Shown: positions 36,228-46,258, counted from the stretch's first letter. The stretch is DNA of 50,244 nucleotides from Candidatus Limnocylindria bacterium (GCA_050692015.1 JBOGTE010000002.1:1-50244); one strand, 5' to 3'. Notes: generated by a model not told the origin, from the letters alone. Made by a program: numbers and translations.

Positions 36228-37154
36228 CTACCGCGGCTGCGCGGCTCCGCCTTCCGGCGCGTACACCGCCAGCGCTCCGGGCCGCACCCTGAACGTCGCG
36301 GGGAGCGTCCCCACCAGCCGGCCGTCGGCGTGCACCGGCAGGCGCGCGTCCGAGCTCACGGTCGCCTCGCGCGCGCGGATCACCACCGGCGGCTCCTGGT
36401 GCCGCCCCTCGCGCCAGAGGCGAAGCAGCGACCGCACCAGCGCCCGCCGCCCCATGCGCGGGAAGAGCAGCACCTCGAGCAGGCCGTCGCGCATGTCGCC
36501 GGCCGGCGCGACCGGGAAGGACCAGTGGTAGTAGGGCGAGTTCACCACGAGCGCCTGGTAGGCGCGGACGGTGCGCTCAGCCTCGGGCGTCGTCACCCGG
36601 AGGCGGTGCGAGCCCTGCCGGGCCCAGCGCCAGATCCACCGCATGGCGCGGCGCCAGCTCCCGCGCTCCGCGGCGCGCGCGGCTCCGAAGAGCTCGGCAT
36701 CGAGCCCGATCCCGGCCGTCTCGAAGAAGACGCGGCCGTGCACCTCGCCGACGTCGGCGTGCGACACGTTGCGGGCGGCGATGACGCGGGCCGCGCCGGC
36801 CGCGTCCAGCGGCACGCCGAGACCCTTGGCGATGTTCATGAAGCTGCCGAACGGGAGGATGCCGAGCACCACGCCGCTGCCCAGGAGCTCGCGCGCCACG
36901 GCCTGGACCGTGCCGTCCCCGCCCGCCGCGATGACCGCCTCGTACCCGCTCTCGACGGCGCCGCGGGCCAGCTGTTCGGCGGTCGGCTCGGGCAGCGCGC
37001 ACTCACGCACATCGAGGTGGATCCCGGCTGCCTCGAGGATGCGAACGACCTCGCCGAGGTCACCGGTACCCGCGTGCCGGCTCCCGGCCTTCGGGTTGAC
37101 GACGCAGAGCGCCCTGGTCCGTACCGATGTCGCCACCGGAGCGCGCTGAGGCAA
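36228..37154 (-). CDS. Diacylglycerol-kinase catalytic-domain lipid kinase (YegS/DagK-like)
   Basis: VVNPKAGS..., AAGGDGT (the GGDG motif), and ILPFGSFMN. Confidence 0.8.
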   Translation of the reverse strand: MPQRAPVATSVRTRALCVVNPKAGSRHAGTGDLGEVVRILEAAGIHLDVRECALPEPTAEQLARGAVESGYEAVIAAGGDGTVQAVARELLGSGVVLGILPFGSFMNIAKGLGVPLDAAGAARVIAARNVSHADVGEVHGRVFFETAGIGLDAELFGAARAAERGSWRRAMRWIWRWARQGSHRLRVTTPEAERTVRAYQALVVNSPYYHWSFPVAPAGDMRDGLLEVLLFPRMGRRALVRSLLRLWREGRHQEPPVVIRAREATVSSDARLPVHADGRLVGTLPATFRVRPGALAVYAPEGGAAQPR

Positions 37155-37184
37155 GAAGCGGGCCGGGTTAGGCTTCGCGCCGCA

Positions 37185-37544
37185 GTGAGTCCGCTACCGA
37201 TCCACGCGCAGCTCGCGACCGCGCTGATCCTCTATCTCGCCGCCCTCGGCGTGTGGGGGACCGCTCTGGGCCTCGGCGGATCCGGGCCGACAGCGTCCTA
37301 CCGGGGCTCGCTGGTCATCGCCGAGGCCGTCGTCGTGCTGCAAGGTCTCCTCGGCGCCGCCGCGTGGCTCTCGACCGGGCCGAGCGACGCGATCCACGTG
37401 CTCTACGGGCTCGCGCTGGTCGTGACGATCCCGCTGGTGGCGACCGTCGTCCGCGAGGGATCGCCGCGGCGGACGTCGCTCTCCCTGGGGCTGGCCTCGT
37501 TCTTCGCCGCGGGGCTCGCCATAAGAGGGATGACGACAGGCTAG
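37185..37544 (+). CDS. Small membrane protein (119 aa)
   Basis: GTG start. Three predicted TM helices (LILYLAALGVWGTALGL, VVVLQGLLGAAAWL, VLYGLALVVTIPLVATVV). Confidence 0.45.
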   Translation: MSPLPIHAQLATALILYLAALGVWGTALGLGGSGPTASYRGSLVIAEAVVVLQGLLGAAAWLSTGPSDAIHVLYGLALVVTIPLVATVVREGSPRRTSLSLGLASFFAAGLAIRGMTTG

Positions 37545-37592
37545 CGAGGAAAAGGGAGACACCGCAGTGGCTCAGACCGACGAGCGACGCAT

Positions 37593-37610
37593 GTATCGCG
37601 CTAGCGATAC
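37593..37610. promoter_or_regulatory. Inverted repeat GTATCGC-gcta-GCGATAC overlapping the RBS region of the aminotransferase gene
   Basis: 7-N4-7 perfect inverted repeat ending 3 nt before GTG 37614. Confidence 0.3.
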
Positions 37611-37613
37611 CGG

Positions 37614-38807
37614 GTGAGCGGGCACCACGCCGCGCCCGTCATCGACGACGTGCCGGACACGAGCCGGGAGGCCCTGCAGGCCCTCGCGCCCGACGTCCTC
37701 TACTGGAACGTCGCCGGCAGCGGGCCCACGTTCCCGGCCGCGCAGAACGCCGCCGAGCGCGCGCGCCGCTGGCTGAACGAGGTCGGGATGTTCTCCCACG
37801 CCGGCTACGACGCCTACAACGAGTGGCTGGCGGCGGCGCGCGAGGACCTCGCGGCCCTCATGGGCGACCCGGGTGGCGCGTCGCGCATCGCGCTCATGAC
37901 CTCCGCGACCGAGGGGCTCAACACGCTCTCGCTCGGCCTGCGCCTCCCTCCGGGGTCGCTGATCGTGACCACCGCCGAGGAGCACGGCTCCGCCCTCATG
38001 CCGCTCCACCGCCGCCGCGAGCGCGGCGACCGGCTGCGGATCCTTCCCTACGAGGACGACCAGCAGTTCACTCTCGACCTCGTTGGGGCGCTGGAGGAGG
38101 GCGCGCGCGCACTTGTGATGTCGCTCGTCTCCTGCAAGAGCGGCGCGGTGCTCCCGGTGCGCGCCGCCTGCGCCGTCGCGCGGCAGGCCGGGGCGACGAC
38201 GATCGTCGATGCGGCGCAGGCGCTCGGCCAGATCCCGGTGGACGTCCGGGAGCTCGGTGCCGACGCGGTCGTGACGCTCGGGCACAAGTGGATGCACGGT
38301 CCGCTCGCGACCGGAGCCATCTGGGTCCGCGACGTCGAGACCTTCAGCGTCGAGCGCCTCGGCTGGCGCTCGCAGGCCGAGTTCGACGTCCACGACGGGT
38401 ACACCCTCCAGCCCGACGCCAGGCGCTTCGAGGCCGGCACGATCGACGCGGCCGCGTTCGTCGGCCTGCGCCAGGCGATCGTCATCCAGCGCGCCCTCGG
38501 CCGGCTGGTGCCGTCGCGCATCCGCGAGCTGCGCCGGCGCCTCTTCGAGCAGATCCGGGCCCTGGACCTCCCGGCCCGGTCCCGTCCGCACGACCCCACC
38601 GGGATCGTCGTCGTGGAGCCTCGGGGCGGCGACGCGGCCGGTATCGTGAGCGGTATGTGGCGCGACGATCGGGTCGTCGTGAAGCACCTCGCGGAGCGGG
38701 GCGTCGTCCCCGACGGGATCCGCATCTCCTTCTGGGCGCTGCACACCGAGGCCGACATCGAGCTCCTGTCGGCGGCGCTGGCGCGGCAGCTCGCGGTGAC
38801 CGCATGA
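37614..38807 (+). CDS. Class V aminotransferase (cysteine desulfurase/kynureninase-like PLP enzyme)
   Basis: 397 aa. PLP-lysine context TLGHKWMHGP. Typical class V fold length. Confidence 0.75.
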   Translation: MSGHHAAPVIDDVPDTSREALQALAPDVLYWNVAGSGPTFPAAQNAAERARRWLNEVGMFSHAGYDAYNEWLAAAREDLAALMGDPGGASRIALMTSATEGLNTLSLGLRLPPGSLIVTTAEEHGSALMPLHRRRERGDRLRILPYEDDQQFTLDLVGALEEGARALVMSLVSCKSGAVLPVRAACAVARQAGATTIVDAAQALGQIPVDVRELGADAVVTLGHKWMHGPLATGAIWVRDVETFSVERLGWRSQAEFDVHDGYTLQPDARRFEAGTIDAAAFVGLRQAIVIQRALGRLVPSRIRELRRRLFEQIRALDLPARSRPHDPTGIVVVEPRGGDAAGIVSGMWRDDRVVVKHLAERGVVPDGIRISFWALHTEADIELLSAALARQLAVTA

Positions 38808-39610
38808 AGCCCCTCGAGGGACAGACCGCGATCGTCACCGGCGGCGGCAAGGGGCTGGGCCGCGCCATCGCGGAGGTCATGGCCGAGGCCGGCGCCAGCG
38901 TCGTGATCGCCTCTCGCAACGCGCCGGAGCTCGACGACGTCGTGCTCGGCATCAAGCGCTCGGGCGGCAAGGCGCTGGCCTACGCCGCGGACGTGGCCGA
39001 CGAGCGCCAGGTCCAGGAGCTGGTGCTCAACACGGAGCGCTGGGTCGGCCCCGCCTCGATCCTGGTGAACAGCGCGAGCGTGCTCGAGCCGATGGCCCAT
39101 CTCGCACGCACCGACGCGACGACGTGGCTCCGGCACATGGCCATCAACATCGGCGGCGTGTACCTCTGCAGCCGCGCGGTCCTGCCGGGGATGCTCGAGC
39201 GCGGGCACGGCCGCATCGTCAACGTCTCCTCGAGCGCGGCGCGCCGCGCCAGCGCCGGCTGGACCGCTTACTGCGCCAGCAAAGCCGCCGTCGATCAGCT
39301 CACTCGCGCCCTGGCGCTGGAGATCGAGGACAGCGGCGTCACCGCCTGCGCCTTCTATCCGGGGTACATGGACACCGCGATGCAGGAGCGCATCCGGCGC
39401 GCTGCGCCGGCCGACTTCCCGCGCGTCGAGGAGTTCCGCGAGCTCGAGCGCCAGGGCAAGCTGAAGGACCCGCGCGAGGCGGCGCGCGCCATCGCGTACC
39501 TGTCCTCGCCGCAGGCGCAGCGGAACGGGCACGTGGTGGAGATGGCGGACGAGGAGCTGGGTCGCGAGGTCGAGCGCTTCTTCGCGGGGACCGAGGTCCC
39601 GGCCGGCTAG
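38804..39610 (+). CDS. SDR-family short-chain dehydrogenase/reductase
   Basis: TAIVTGGGKGLGRAIA (TGxxxGxG), NSAS, YCASKAA (YxxxK). ATGA overlap with the upstream gene. Confidence 0.85.
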   Translation: MKPLEGQTAIVTGGGKGLGRAIAEVMAEAGASVVIASRNAPELDDVVLGIKRSGGKALAYAADVADERQVQELVLNTERWVGPASILVNSASVLEPMAHLARTDATTWLRHMAINIGGVYLCSRAVLPGMLERGHGRIVNVSSSAARRASAGWTAYCASKAAVDQLTRALALEIEDSGVTACAFYPGYMDTAMQERIRRAAPADFPRVEEFRELERQGKLKDPREAARAIAYLSSPQAQRNGHVVEMADEELGREVERFFAGTEVPAG

Positions 39611-39876
39611 GACGCCGGGGGCCGCCCTGCCTTCAGCGGCTTGTACGCGCGCCGCTTGGCGATGGCCTCGCGCAGCGTTCGCTCCACTCCCGGCGCGTCG
39701 GCCTGGGCGCGCCGCTCCAGCTCCGCCTCCGGGCGCCCGATGAGCCCGCAGGACGGGCAGTCGCCCATAGGGCTCAGGCGCGTGTGGCAGTTGCTGCAGT
39801 GCACCTCGAAGGCGCCGTGCGGCTTGAACAGCTCGAGGGACCTCGCCTCCGCCATGAGCTCCGCGACGTCGGCCAC
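39607..39876 (-). CDS. Small zinc-ribbon protein (89 aa) co-transcribed downstream of the aldehyde dehydrogenase
   Basis: GTG start 9 nt after the ALDH stop. CSNCH...CPSCG four-Cys motif. Third-position GC is close to 100%, which supports coding. Confidence 0.55.
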   Translation of the reverse strand: MADVAELMAEARSLELFKPHGAFEVHCSNCHTRLSPMGDCPSCGLIGRPEAELERRAQADAPGVERTLREAIAKRRAYKPLKAGRPPAS

Positions 39877-39885
39877 GCGCGGATC

Positions 39886-41325
39886 CTAGCCGCTCGCGAG
39901 CACGACGGACTTCTTCTCCACGTAGCCCTCGAGGGCCTCGATCCCGTGCTCCTTGCCGTATCCCGACTGCTTCACCCCGCCGAAGGGCAGCTGGTCGTAG
40001 GCGACCTGGATGTCGTTGACCCAGGTGTAGCCGGCGTCCAGCTGCTCGGCCGCGCGCCGCGCCTTGGCCATGTCCTTCGTGAAGATCGAGGACCCCAGCC
40101 CGTAGACCGTGCTGTTCGCCCTGGCGATGGCCTCGTCCAGGTCCTTCACGACGAAGACCGGGACGGCCGGCCCGAAGACCTCCTCCGTCGCCATGCGCGA
40201 GTCCTCGGGCACCTCGGCCAGGACCGTGGCCGGGTAGAACCAGCCCTTCTGGAGGTCCGCGCCCTCGGGGCGCTTGCCGCCGGCGAGGACGCGCGCACCG
40301 CGCTTGACCGCGTCGGCGACCTGCGCCTCGACCTCCGCGCGCTGGTGCTCGGTGTGGAGCGGACCCATCTTCGTGTCGGCCGCGAACTGGTCGCCCAGCT
40401 TCCACTCCTTCTGAGCGCGGTCGGCGAGCTTGGCCATGAACTCCTCGGCGATCTTCTCGAACAGGTAGATGCGCTTCACCGCCAGGCAGGCCTGGCCGGC
40501 GTTGAAGAAGCGGCCGATGGCGGCCGCCGCCGTCGCGCGGCGCACGTCGGCGTCGTCCGCGACGATCATGGGGTCGCTGCCGCCGAGCTCGAGCGTCACG
40601 CGGGTCACGTTCTTGGCCGCCAGGCTCATGATCCGCTTGCCGGTCTCGGTCTGGCCGGTGAAGGCGACCTTGCTCACCTTGGGGTGGCCGACCAGCGCGT
40701 CGCCGATCTCGCCGCCCGGCCCGTGCACGATGTTGATGACCCCGGGCGGGAAGCCCGCCGAAGCGATGGCCTCGATGGCGCGCTGGGTCGCCAGGGGCGT
40801 GGTGGAGGCCGGCTTGAGCACCACGGTGCAGCCCGCCGCCAGGGCGGGGCAGAGCTTGTTGGCCATCAGCGTCAGCGGGAAGTTCCAAGGCGTGATCGCG
40901 GCCACGACGCCCACGGGCCTTCGGATGGTGATGCCGAACTTGGCCGGGTCGTCGAGCGGGATGTAGTCGCCGCGGATCTTGTCGGCCAGCCCCGCGAAGT
41001 ACTCGAGGTTCTCGGCGACGCGTCCGGCCTCGAGCTTGGCGTGCGCGAGCGGCTTGCCCTGCTCGCGCGCCAGCAGCTCGGCGACCTCGTCCACGACCTC
41101 GTGCATCTTCCGCGCGGCCTCGTGCATCAGGCGCGCGCGCTTGGTCCCGCTGGTGGCGGCCCAGCCGGGGAACGCGGCGGCCGCTGCGCTCACCGCAGCG
41201 TCCACGTCGGTCATGGTCCCGCGCGGCACTTCGCCCACGACCTCGCCGTTCGCGGGGTTCCGCACCGGCATCGTCTTGCCGCCCTGCGCACCGACCAGCT
41301 CGCCGTTGATGAGCATCTTCGTCAC
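39886..41325 (-). CDS. NAD(P)-dependent aldehyde dehydrogenase
   Basis: 479 aa. ELGGSDP (the catalytic Glu context) and FNAGQACLAVKR (the catalytic Cys). Confidence 0.85.
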   Translation of the reverse strand: MTKMLINGELVGAQGGKTMPVRNPANGEVVGEVPRGTMTDVDAAVSAAAAAFPGWAATSGTKRARLMHEAARKMHEVVDEVAELLAREQGKPLAHAKLEAGRVAENLEYFAGLADKIRGDYIPLDDPAKFGITIRRPVGVVAAITPWNFPLTLMANKLCPALAAGCTVVLKPASTTPLATQRAIEAIASAGFPPGVINIVHGPGGEIGDALVGHPKVSKVAFTGQTETGKRIMSLAAKNVTRVTLELGGSDPMIVADDADVRRATAAAAIGRFFNAGQACLAVKRIYLFEKIAEEFMAKLADRAQKEWKLGDQFAADTKMGPLHTEHQRAEVEAQVADAVKRGARVLAGGKRPEGADLQKGWFYPATVLAEVPEDSRMATEEVFGPAVPVFVVKDLDEAIARANSTVYGLGSSIFTKDMAKARRAAEQLDAGYTWVNDIQVAYDQLPFGGVKQSGYGKEHGIEALEGYVEKKSVVLASG

Positions 41326-41373
41326 GAGGTCACCTCCGAGGGACGTCTCCGGATGGTCGCGGGCCGGCCGCGA

Positions 41374-41392
41374 CGAATGGTCCTACCATTCG
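41374..41392. promoter_or_regulatory. 19-bp perfect palindrome CGAATGGT-cct-ACCATTCG in the divergent ALDH / enoyl-CoA hydratase promoter region
   Basis: 8-N3-8 perfect inverted repeat. A related half-site GGATGGTC lies at 41351-58. Located 28 nt upstream of ATG 41420, which has a GGAGGG RBS. Confidence 0.45.
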
Positions 41393-41419
41393 GCCGACAT
41401 CATTGGGAGGGTAACGCGA

Positions 41420-42196
41420 ATGCCTGTCGTCCGTCTGCAGACCCAGGACCGCGTGGGCCACATCATCCTCGACCGCCCGCCCGCGAACTCGTACGACCTA
41501 GCCTTCATAGTCGACCTTGACAGCGCCATCGAGGCCGCGCGCGCGGATGACGCGGTCAAGGCGATCCTCGTCCGCAGCGCGTCCGAGCGCTTCTTCTCGG
41601 CCGGCGCGGACGTGTCGGTCTTCGCGAGGAGCGACCTGGCCGCGCAGCAGGAGTTCGTCGCCCACGCGAACGACGTGATGAACAAGCTCGAGAGCACCGC
41701 CAAGGTCGTCCTCGCGGCGATCGGCGGGCACTGTCTGGGCGGCGGCCTCGAGATCGCGCTCTGCTGCGACTTCCGCATCGCGGCCGAGGGCGCGTACAAG
41801 ATCGGCCTGCCCGAGGTGACGCTGGGCCTCCTGCCCGGGACGGGCGGAACGCAGCGCCTGCCGCGCCTGATCGGCCGGCAGAAGGCGCTCGACCTGATGC
41901 TCCGCGGCGCCACGCTCTCGCCGGAGGCGGCCAGGGACGCCGGCATCGTGGACGAGCTCGTCCCTGCCGCGGACCTTCTGACGCGCTCGGCCGAGCGCGC
42001 CCGCGCTTACACGGAAGGCCCCAGCTACGCGATCGGGCAGATCAAGCTCGCGGCCGTTCAGGGACTGGGGAAGCCGCTCGCCGAGGGGCTGGCCGTCGAG
42101 CGCGAGGCGCTGGTCCGGCTCTTCCGGAGCGAGGACGCCCGCGAGGGCGTGACCGCGTTCACGGAGAAGCGCAAGCCCGACTACAAGGGCCGCTGA
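41420..42196 (+). CDS. Enoyl-CoA hydratase/isomerase (crotonase) family, paralog 1
   Basis: GHIILDRPPANS..., FSAGADV, oxyanion-hole and catalytic Glu context CLGGGLEIALCCDFRIAA. Confidence 0.8.
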   Translation: MPVVRLQTQDRVGHIILDRPPANSYDLAFIVDLDSAIEAARADDAVKAILVRSASERFFSAGADVSVFARSDLAAQQEFVAHANDVMNKLESTAKVVLAAIGGHCLGGGLEIALCCDFRIAAEGAYKIGLPEVTLGLLPGTGGTQRLPRLIGRQKALDLMLRGATLSPEAARDAGIVDELVPAADLLTRSAERARAYTEGPSYAIGQIKLAAVQGLGKPLAEGLAVEREALVRLFRSEDAREGVTAFTEKRKPDYKGR

Positions 42197-42236
42197 CCGA
42201 TACGCTCACGTGGCGGCCGTAGCCGCGGGAGGTCTC

Positions 42237-43007
42237 ATGCCTACCGTCATCGTCACGCGCGAGGAACCCATCGCCGTCGTCCAGCTCAACAGGCCGGAGG
42301 TCCTCAACGCGCTCAGCGAGGAGCTCATGGACGAGCTCGCCCTGGCTCTCGAGACCCTCGACGGCGACGAGGCGGTCCGCTGCATCGTCCTCACCGGCAA
42401 CGAGAAGGCCTTCGCCGCGGGTGCGGACATCAAGGCCGCCTTCGTCGAGGCCACGCCCGTCTCGATGCTGGCGCAGGACCTCACGACCCGCTGGGAGCGG
42501 GTCCGGCGGATCAGGACGCCGATCGTCGCCGCCGTGTCGGGCTACGCGCTCGGCGGCGGGTGCGAGCTCGCGATGGTCTGCGACATCATCGTCGCCTCCG
42601 AGACCGCGCAGTTCGGCCAGCCCGAGGTGAACCTCGGGATCATCCCTGGCGCCGGGGGGACGCAGCGCCTCACGCGAACGGTGGGGAAGTACGTCGCGAT
42701 GGAGATGGTGCTCACCGGGCGCCGCGTGAAGGCCGACGAAGCCAAGGCCATGGGTCTCGTCGCCCACGTGTACCCGGCCGCGAGTTGGCTCGAGGACGCG
42801 AAGGCCCTGGCGCGCACGATCGCCGAGAAGCCGCCCATCGCCATCAGGCTCGCCACGGAGGCCATCGACGTGGCCCTCAACTCCCCGCTCGACGCGGGCC
42901 TCGAGTTCGAGCGCAAGGCCTTCTACCTCCTGTTCGCCACGGAGGACAAGAAGGAGGGCGTCGATGCCTTCGTGAACAAGCGCAAGCCCTCCTTCAAAGG
43001 ACGGTGA
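42237..43007 (+). CDS. Enoyl-CoA hydratase (crotonase) family, paralog 2
   Basis: VVQLNRPEVLNAL, FAAGADI, ALGGGCELAMVCDIIVAS, FGQPE. Confidence 0.85.
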   Translation: MPTVIVTREEPIAVVQLNRPEVLNALSEELMDELALALETLDGDEAVRCIVLTGNEKAFAAGADIKAAFVEATPVSMLAQDLTTRWERVRRIRTPIVAAVSGYALGGGCELAMVCDIIVASETAQFGQPEVNLGIIPGAGGTQRLTRTVGKYVAMEMVLTGRRVKADEAKAMGLVAHVYPAASWLEDAKALARTIAEKPPIAIRLATEAIDVALNSPLDAGLEFERKAFYLLFATEDKKEGVDAFVNKRKPSFKGR

Positions 43008-43828
43008 GCGCGACCCGCGGAGCGGCGGCCGCCGGGCCTCGCCCGGCCGCTGGCCTGGAGCGCGACGGGGCGCTCGCGGTCATCACGCTGCAGCGGCCCG
43101 AGGTGCTGAACGCGTTCGACGAGGCCATGACGCGCGCGCTCGCCGCGGCGCTGGACGAGGTCGGGCCCGACCCGTCGGTGCGGGCCGTCGTCGTGACCGG
43201 CGCCGGACGCGCGTTCTCCGCGGGCCAGGACCTGCGCGACCGCGCGGCCGCGATCGAGAGCGGCGGCGAGCTTCATCTCGGCGACGAGCTGCGCCGCCGC
43301 TACCACCCGGCCATCTCGGCCATCCGCGCGATGCGGAAGCCGGTGATCGCGGCGGTGAACGGCGTCGTGTCCGGCGCGGGCTTCGGGCTCGCGGTCGCGT
43401 GCGACATCCGGGTCGCGTCCAGGGCGGCCTCGTTCCGGGCGGGGTGGGCGAAGGTAGGACTGGTGCCGGACGCGGGCTCCGCGTTCTTCCTGCCGCGCAT
43501 CGTCGGCTGGGGCCGCGCCCTCGACATCGTCCTCGCCAGCGAGACGATCCCCGCCGACGAAGCGCTGCGGATCGGCCTGGTCACGCGCGTCTGGCCCGAG
43601 GACTCCTTCGAGCGCGAGTGGCGCGCGTTCGCGCGGGCGCTTTCCGAGGGCGCGACGGAGGCCTACGCGCTCTCCAAGCAGGGGCTGGACGCGGCCTGGG
43701 ACCGTGACTTCACGTCGTTCCTGGAGGTCGAGGCGGAGCTGCAGGACCGCGCCGGCCGGACCCGTGACTACGCCGAGGGCGTCCGCGCCTTCGTCGGCAA
43801 GCGCCCGCCGCGCTTCGAGGGGCGCTGA
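43004..43828 (+). CDS. Enoyl-CoA hydratase (crotonase) family, paralog 3
   Basis: GTGA-overlapping start. AVITLQRPEVLNAF, FSAGQDL, SGAGFGLAVACDIRVAS. Confidence 0.8.
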   Translation: MSATRGAAAAGPRPAAGLERDGALAVITLQRPEVLNAFDEAMTRALAAALDEVGPDPSVRAVVVTGAGRAFSAGQDLRDRAAAIESGGELHLGDELRRRYHPAISAIRAMRKPVIAAVNGVVSGAGFGLAVACDIRVASRAASFRAGWAKVGLVPDAGSAFFLPRIVGWGRALDIVLASETIPADEALRIGLVTRVWPEDSFEREWRAFARALSEGATEAYALSKQGLDAAWDRDFTSFLEVEAELQDRAGRTRDYAEGVRAFVGKRPPRFEGR

Positions 43829-45147
43829 TGCCGGCCCGAGCCAGACGCGCCGCCACCCTCGAACGGATCACCAACGTGCACGAGCGGAAGGCGCCGGCCT
43901 TGGAGCGACCGGAGCGATCCGCATTGCCCCGCCATGCTCCCTCGACGCACGAAGACGGCCGTGACGCGATGGTGATCGGCTACGTGCGCACCCCGTTCGG
44001 GCGGTACGGCGGCGCGCTCGCCCTGGTGCGGCCTGACGATCTCGCCGCGCATGTGATCCGCTGCGTGCTGGAGCGCGCGGGCATCGACGGCAAGGAGGTG
44101 GACGAGGTCGTCTTCGGCGCCTCCAACCAGGCGGGCGAAGACAACCGCAACGTCGGGCGGATGGCCGCGCTGCTTGCGGGCCTGCCCAAGGAGACGCCGG
44201 GGGTCACGGTCAACCGCCTCTGCGGCAGCGGACTCGAGGCGGTGAACGACGCCGGGCGCCGGATCCGCCAGGGCGAGGCCGATCTCGTGATCGCGGGCGG
44301 CGTCGAGTCCATGTCGCGTGCACCCTGGGTGATGCTGAAGCCGTCCGAGGCGTTCCCGCGGGGCGAGCGCGTCGTCGCCGATACCCACCTCGGCTGGCGC
44401 CTAGTCAACCCGCGCATGCTCGATCTCGGATATCACCCGATCTCGCTCGGCGAGACCGCTGAGAACGTGTGCGCGCAGACGGGCGTGTCGCGGAAGGACC
44501 AGGACGCGTACGCGTTGCGCTCCCAGACCCGCTACGCCAAGGCGAAGGCCGACGGCTTCTTCGAAGGCGAGATCGTCGCCGTGGATACGCCGGCCGGGAA
44601 GGTGAGCGAGGACGAGCACCCTCGCGCGAACACGTCGCTCGAGAAGCTCTCGAGCCTGAAGCCCGCGTTCCGGGCGGGCGGATCGGTCACGGCCGGCAAC
44701 TCATCGGGAGTGAACGACGGCGCGGTCGCTCTGATCGTCGCCAGCCGCGCGAAGGCCGCGAAGCTGGGGATCCGCCCGCTCGGGCGCGTCGTAGCGGCCG
44801 CGACGGCAGGCGTGCACCCGGATGTGATGGGTCTCGGCCCGGTGCCGGCCGTGCGGAAGCTCATCGCGCGGACCGGTCTCGACGTGGACCGCGTCGACGC
44901 GGTCGAGCTCAACGAAGCCTTCGCCGCCCAGGTGATCCCGGTCATGCGCGAGCTCGGGCTGCCCGACGACCGCACGAACCCCAACGGCGGCGCGATCGCC
45001 ATTGGCCACCCCATCGGCGCCTCCGGCGCTCGGCTTGCCGGCACGCTCCTCCGTGAGCTGGAGCGCCGCGGCGGCCGCTACGGCATCGCGACAGCGTGCA
45101 TCGGAGTGGGGCAGGGGATCGCCACGCTGTTCGAGCGGGAGCCCTGA
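43828..45147 (+). CDS. Acetyl-CoA C-acyltransferase (thiolase)
   Basis: VIGYVRTPFGRYGG, active-site NRLCGSGLEAV, C-terminal NPNGGAIAIGHPIGASGARL and CIGVGQG. The ATG at 43828 (TGATG-coupled, GAGGGG SD) gives an atypical 47-aa extension. The alternative start 43969 fits the family N-terminus. Confidence 0.8.
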   Translation: MPARARRAATLERITNVHERKAPALERPERSALPRHAPSTHEDGRDAMVIGYVRTPFGRYGGALALVRPDDLAAHVIRCVLERAGIDGKEVDEVVFGASNQAGEDNRNVGRMAALLAGLPKETPGVTVNRLCGSGLEAVNDAGRRIRQGEADLVIAGGVESMSRAPWVMLKPSEAFPRGERVVADTHLGWRLVNPRMLDLGYHPISLGETAENVCAQTGVSRKDQDAYALRSQTRYAKAKADGFFEGEIVAVDTPAGKVSEDEHPRANTSLEKLSSLKPAFRAGGSVTAGNSSGVNDGAVALIVASRAKAAKLGIRPLGRVVAAATAGVHPDVMGLGPVPAVRKLIARTGLDVDRVDAVELNEAFAAQVIPVMRELGLPDDRTNPNGGAIAIGHPIGASGARLAGTLLRELERRGGRYGIATACIGVGQGIATLFEREP

Positions 45148-45152
45148 CCGCT

Positions 45153-45335
45153 CTAGTGCGGCGCCTGCCTTCCGGGTCTAACGCGCCCCGACAGGCGCCC
45201 CGCGTTCCGTAGCGCCTGCCTGAGGATGAACTCGATCTGCGCATTCGCGCTCCGGAGGTCGTCCGCCGCCCACTTCTGGACGGCGTCGAACACGTCGGGA
45301 TCCACCCGGAGGAGGAAGGCCTTCTTCTCGGGCAC
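45153..45335 (-). CDS. Arc/MetJ-type ribbon-helix-helix DNA-binding protein (60 aa)
   Basis: MPEKKAFLLRVDPDVFDAVQKWAADDLRSANAQIEFILRQAL gives a beta-strand plus two-helix RHH layout. Lies 7 nt downstream of the SPFH gene on the same strand. Confidence 0.6.
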   Translation of the reverse strand: MPEKKAFLLRVDPDVFDAVQKWAADDLRSANAQIEFILRQALRNAGRLSGRVRPGRQAPH

Positions 45336-45341
45336 CTAGAG

Positions 45342-46235
45342 CTACTGGTACAGCGTGCCGGTGTTCACGACAGGCTGAGTGCTGGTCTCGCTCACGAGGA
45401 CGACCAGGAGGTTGCTCACCATCGCGGCCTTTCGCTCCTCGTCGAGGTCGACGACGCCCTTCTTCGAGAGCTCGGCGAGCGCCATCTCCACCATGCCGAC
45501 CGCGCCTTCGACGATGCGGGTCCGCGCGGCGACCACGGCACCCGCCTGCTGGCGCCGCAGCATCGCTTGGGCGATCTCCGGCGCGTACGCCAGGTGGCTG
45601 ATACGGGCCTCGATGACCTCGATGCCGGCGCGCGACAGGCGGTCCTGGATCTCGGTGCGCAGCTGGCCCGCGATCTCGTTGGCGGATCCGCGCAGCGCGA
45701 TCTCTCCATCGACATGCGCGTCGTAGGGGTACGTCGTCGCGAGGTTCCGGACCGCGGCCTCGCTCTGCACCTTCATGAAGTGCTCGTAGTCGTCCACCTG
45801 GAACACCGCCTCGGCCGTCTCGATCACGCGCCAGACGACGACCGCGGCGATCTCGATGGGGTTGCCGTCCTTGTCGTTCACCTTGAGCCGCCCGGTCTCG
45901 AAGTTGCGCACGCGCTGCGACACGGCCTTTCGCGGCCAGGCGAGCGGGTTGGTCAACCACAGGCCCGGCTCCTTCGCCGAGCCGATGTACGTGCCAAACA
46001 GCTGGATGACCCGCGCCTCGTTCGGGGACACGATGTAGAGGCCGGCCAGCCCTATGCCGGCGAGCGTCATGCCGATGATCGATGCCAGGACGGCTCCACC
46101 GTCCGGAGCGATGTCGAGCTCGATGGCCCGCCCGATCGCCATTAGGAGCCACCAGATGGACGCGAGCTCGAGCGCGATGAAGAGCAACCCCGGGATCCAG
46201 CCATTTATGAGGGTTGCGCGCCTTTCAGTGATCAC
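45342..46235 (-). CDS. SPFH/band-7 (stomatin/prohibitin-like) membrane protein
   Basis: N-terminal TM helix followed by the band-7 domain ([10 protein letters not shown]..., [20 protein letters not shown]). Start taken at the GTG (VITERR) preceded by GGAGGA, not the ORF-track ATG 46262. Confidence 0.75.
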   Translation of the reverse strand: MITERRATLINGWIPGLLFIALELASIWWLLMAIGRAIELDIAPDGGAVLASIIGMTLAGIGLAGLYIVSPNEARVIQLFGTYIGSAKEPGLWLTNPLAWPRKAVSQRVRNFETGRLKVNDKDGNPIEIAAVVVWRVIETAEAVFQVDDYEHFMKVQSEAAVRNLATTYPYDAHVDGEIALRGSANEIAGQLRTEIQDRLSRAGIEVIEARISHLAYAPEIAQAMLRRQQAGAVVAARTRIVEGAVGMVEMALAELSKKGVVDLDEERKAAMVSNLLVVLVSETSTQPVVNTGTLYQ

Positions 46236-46258
46236 GTGTGTTCCTCCACAGCCTGATG

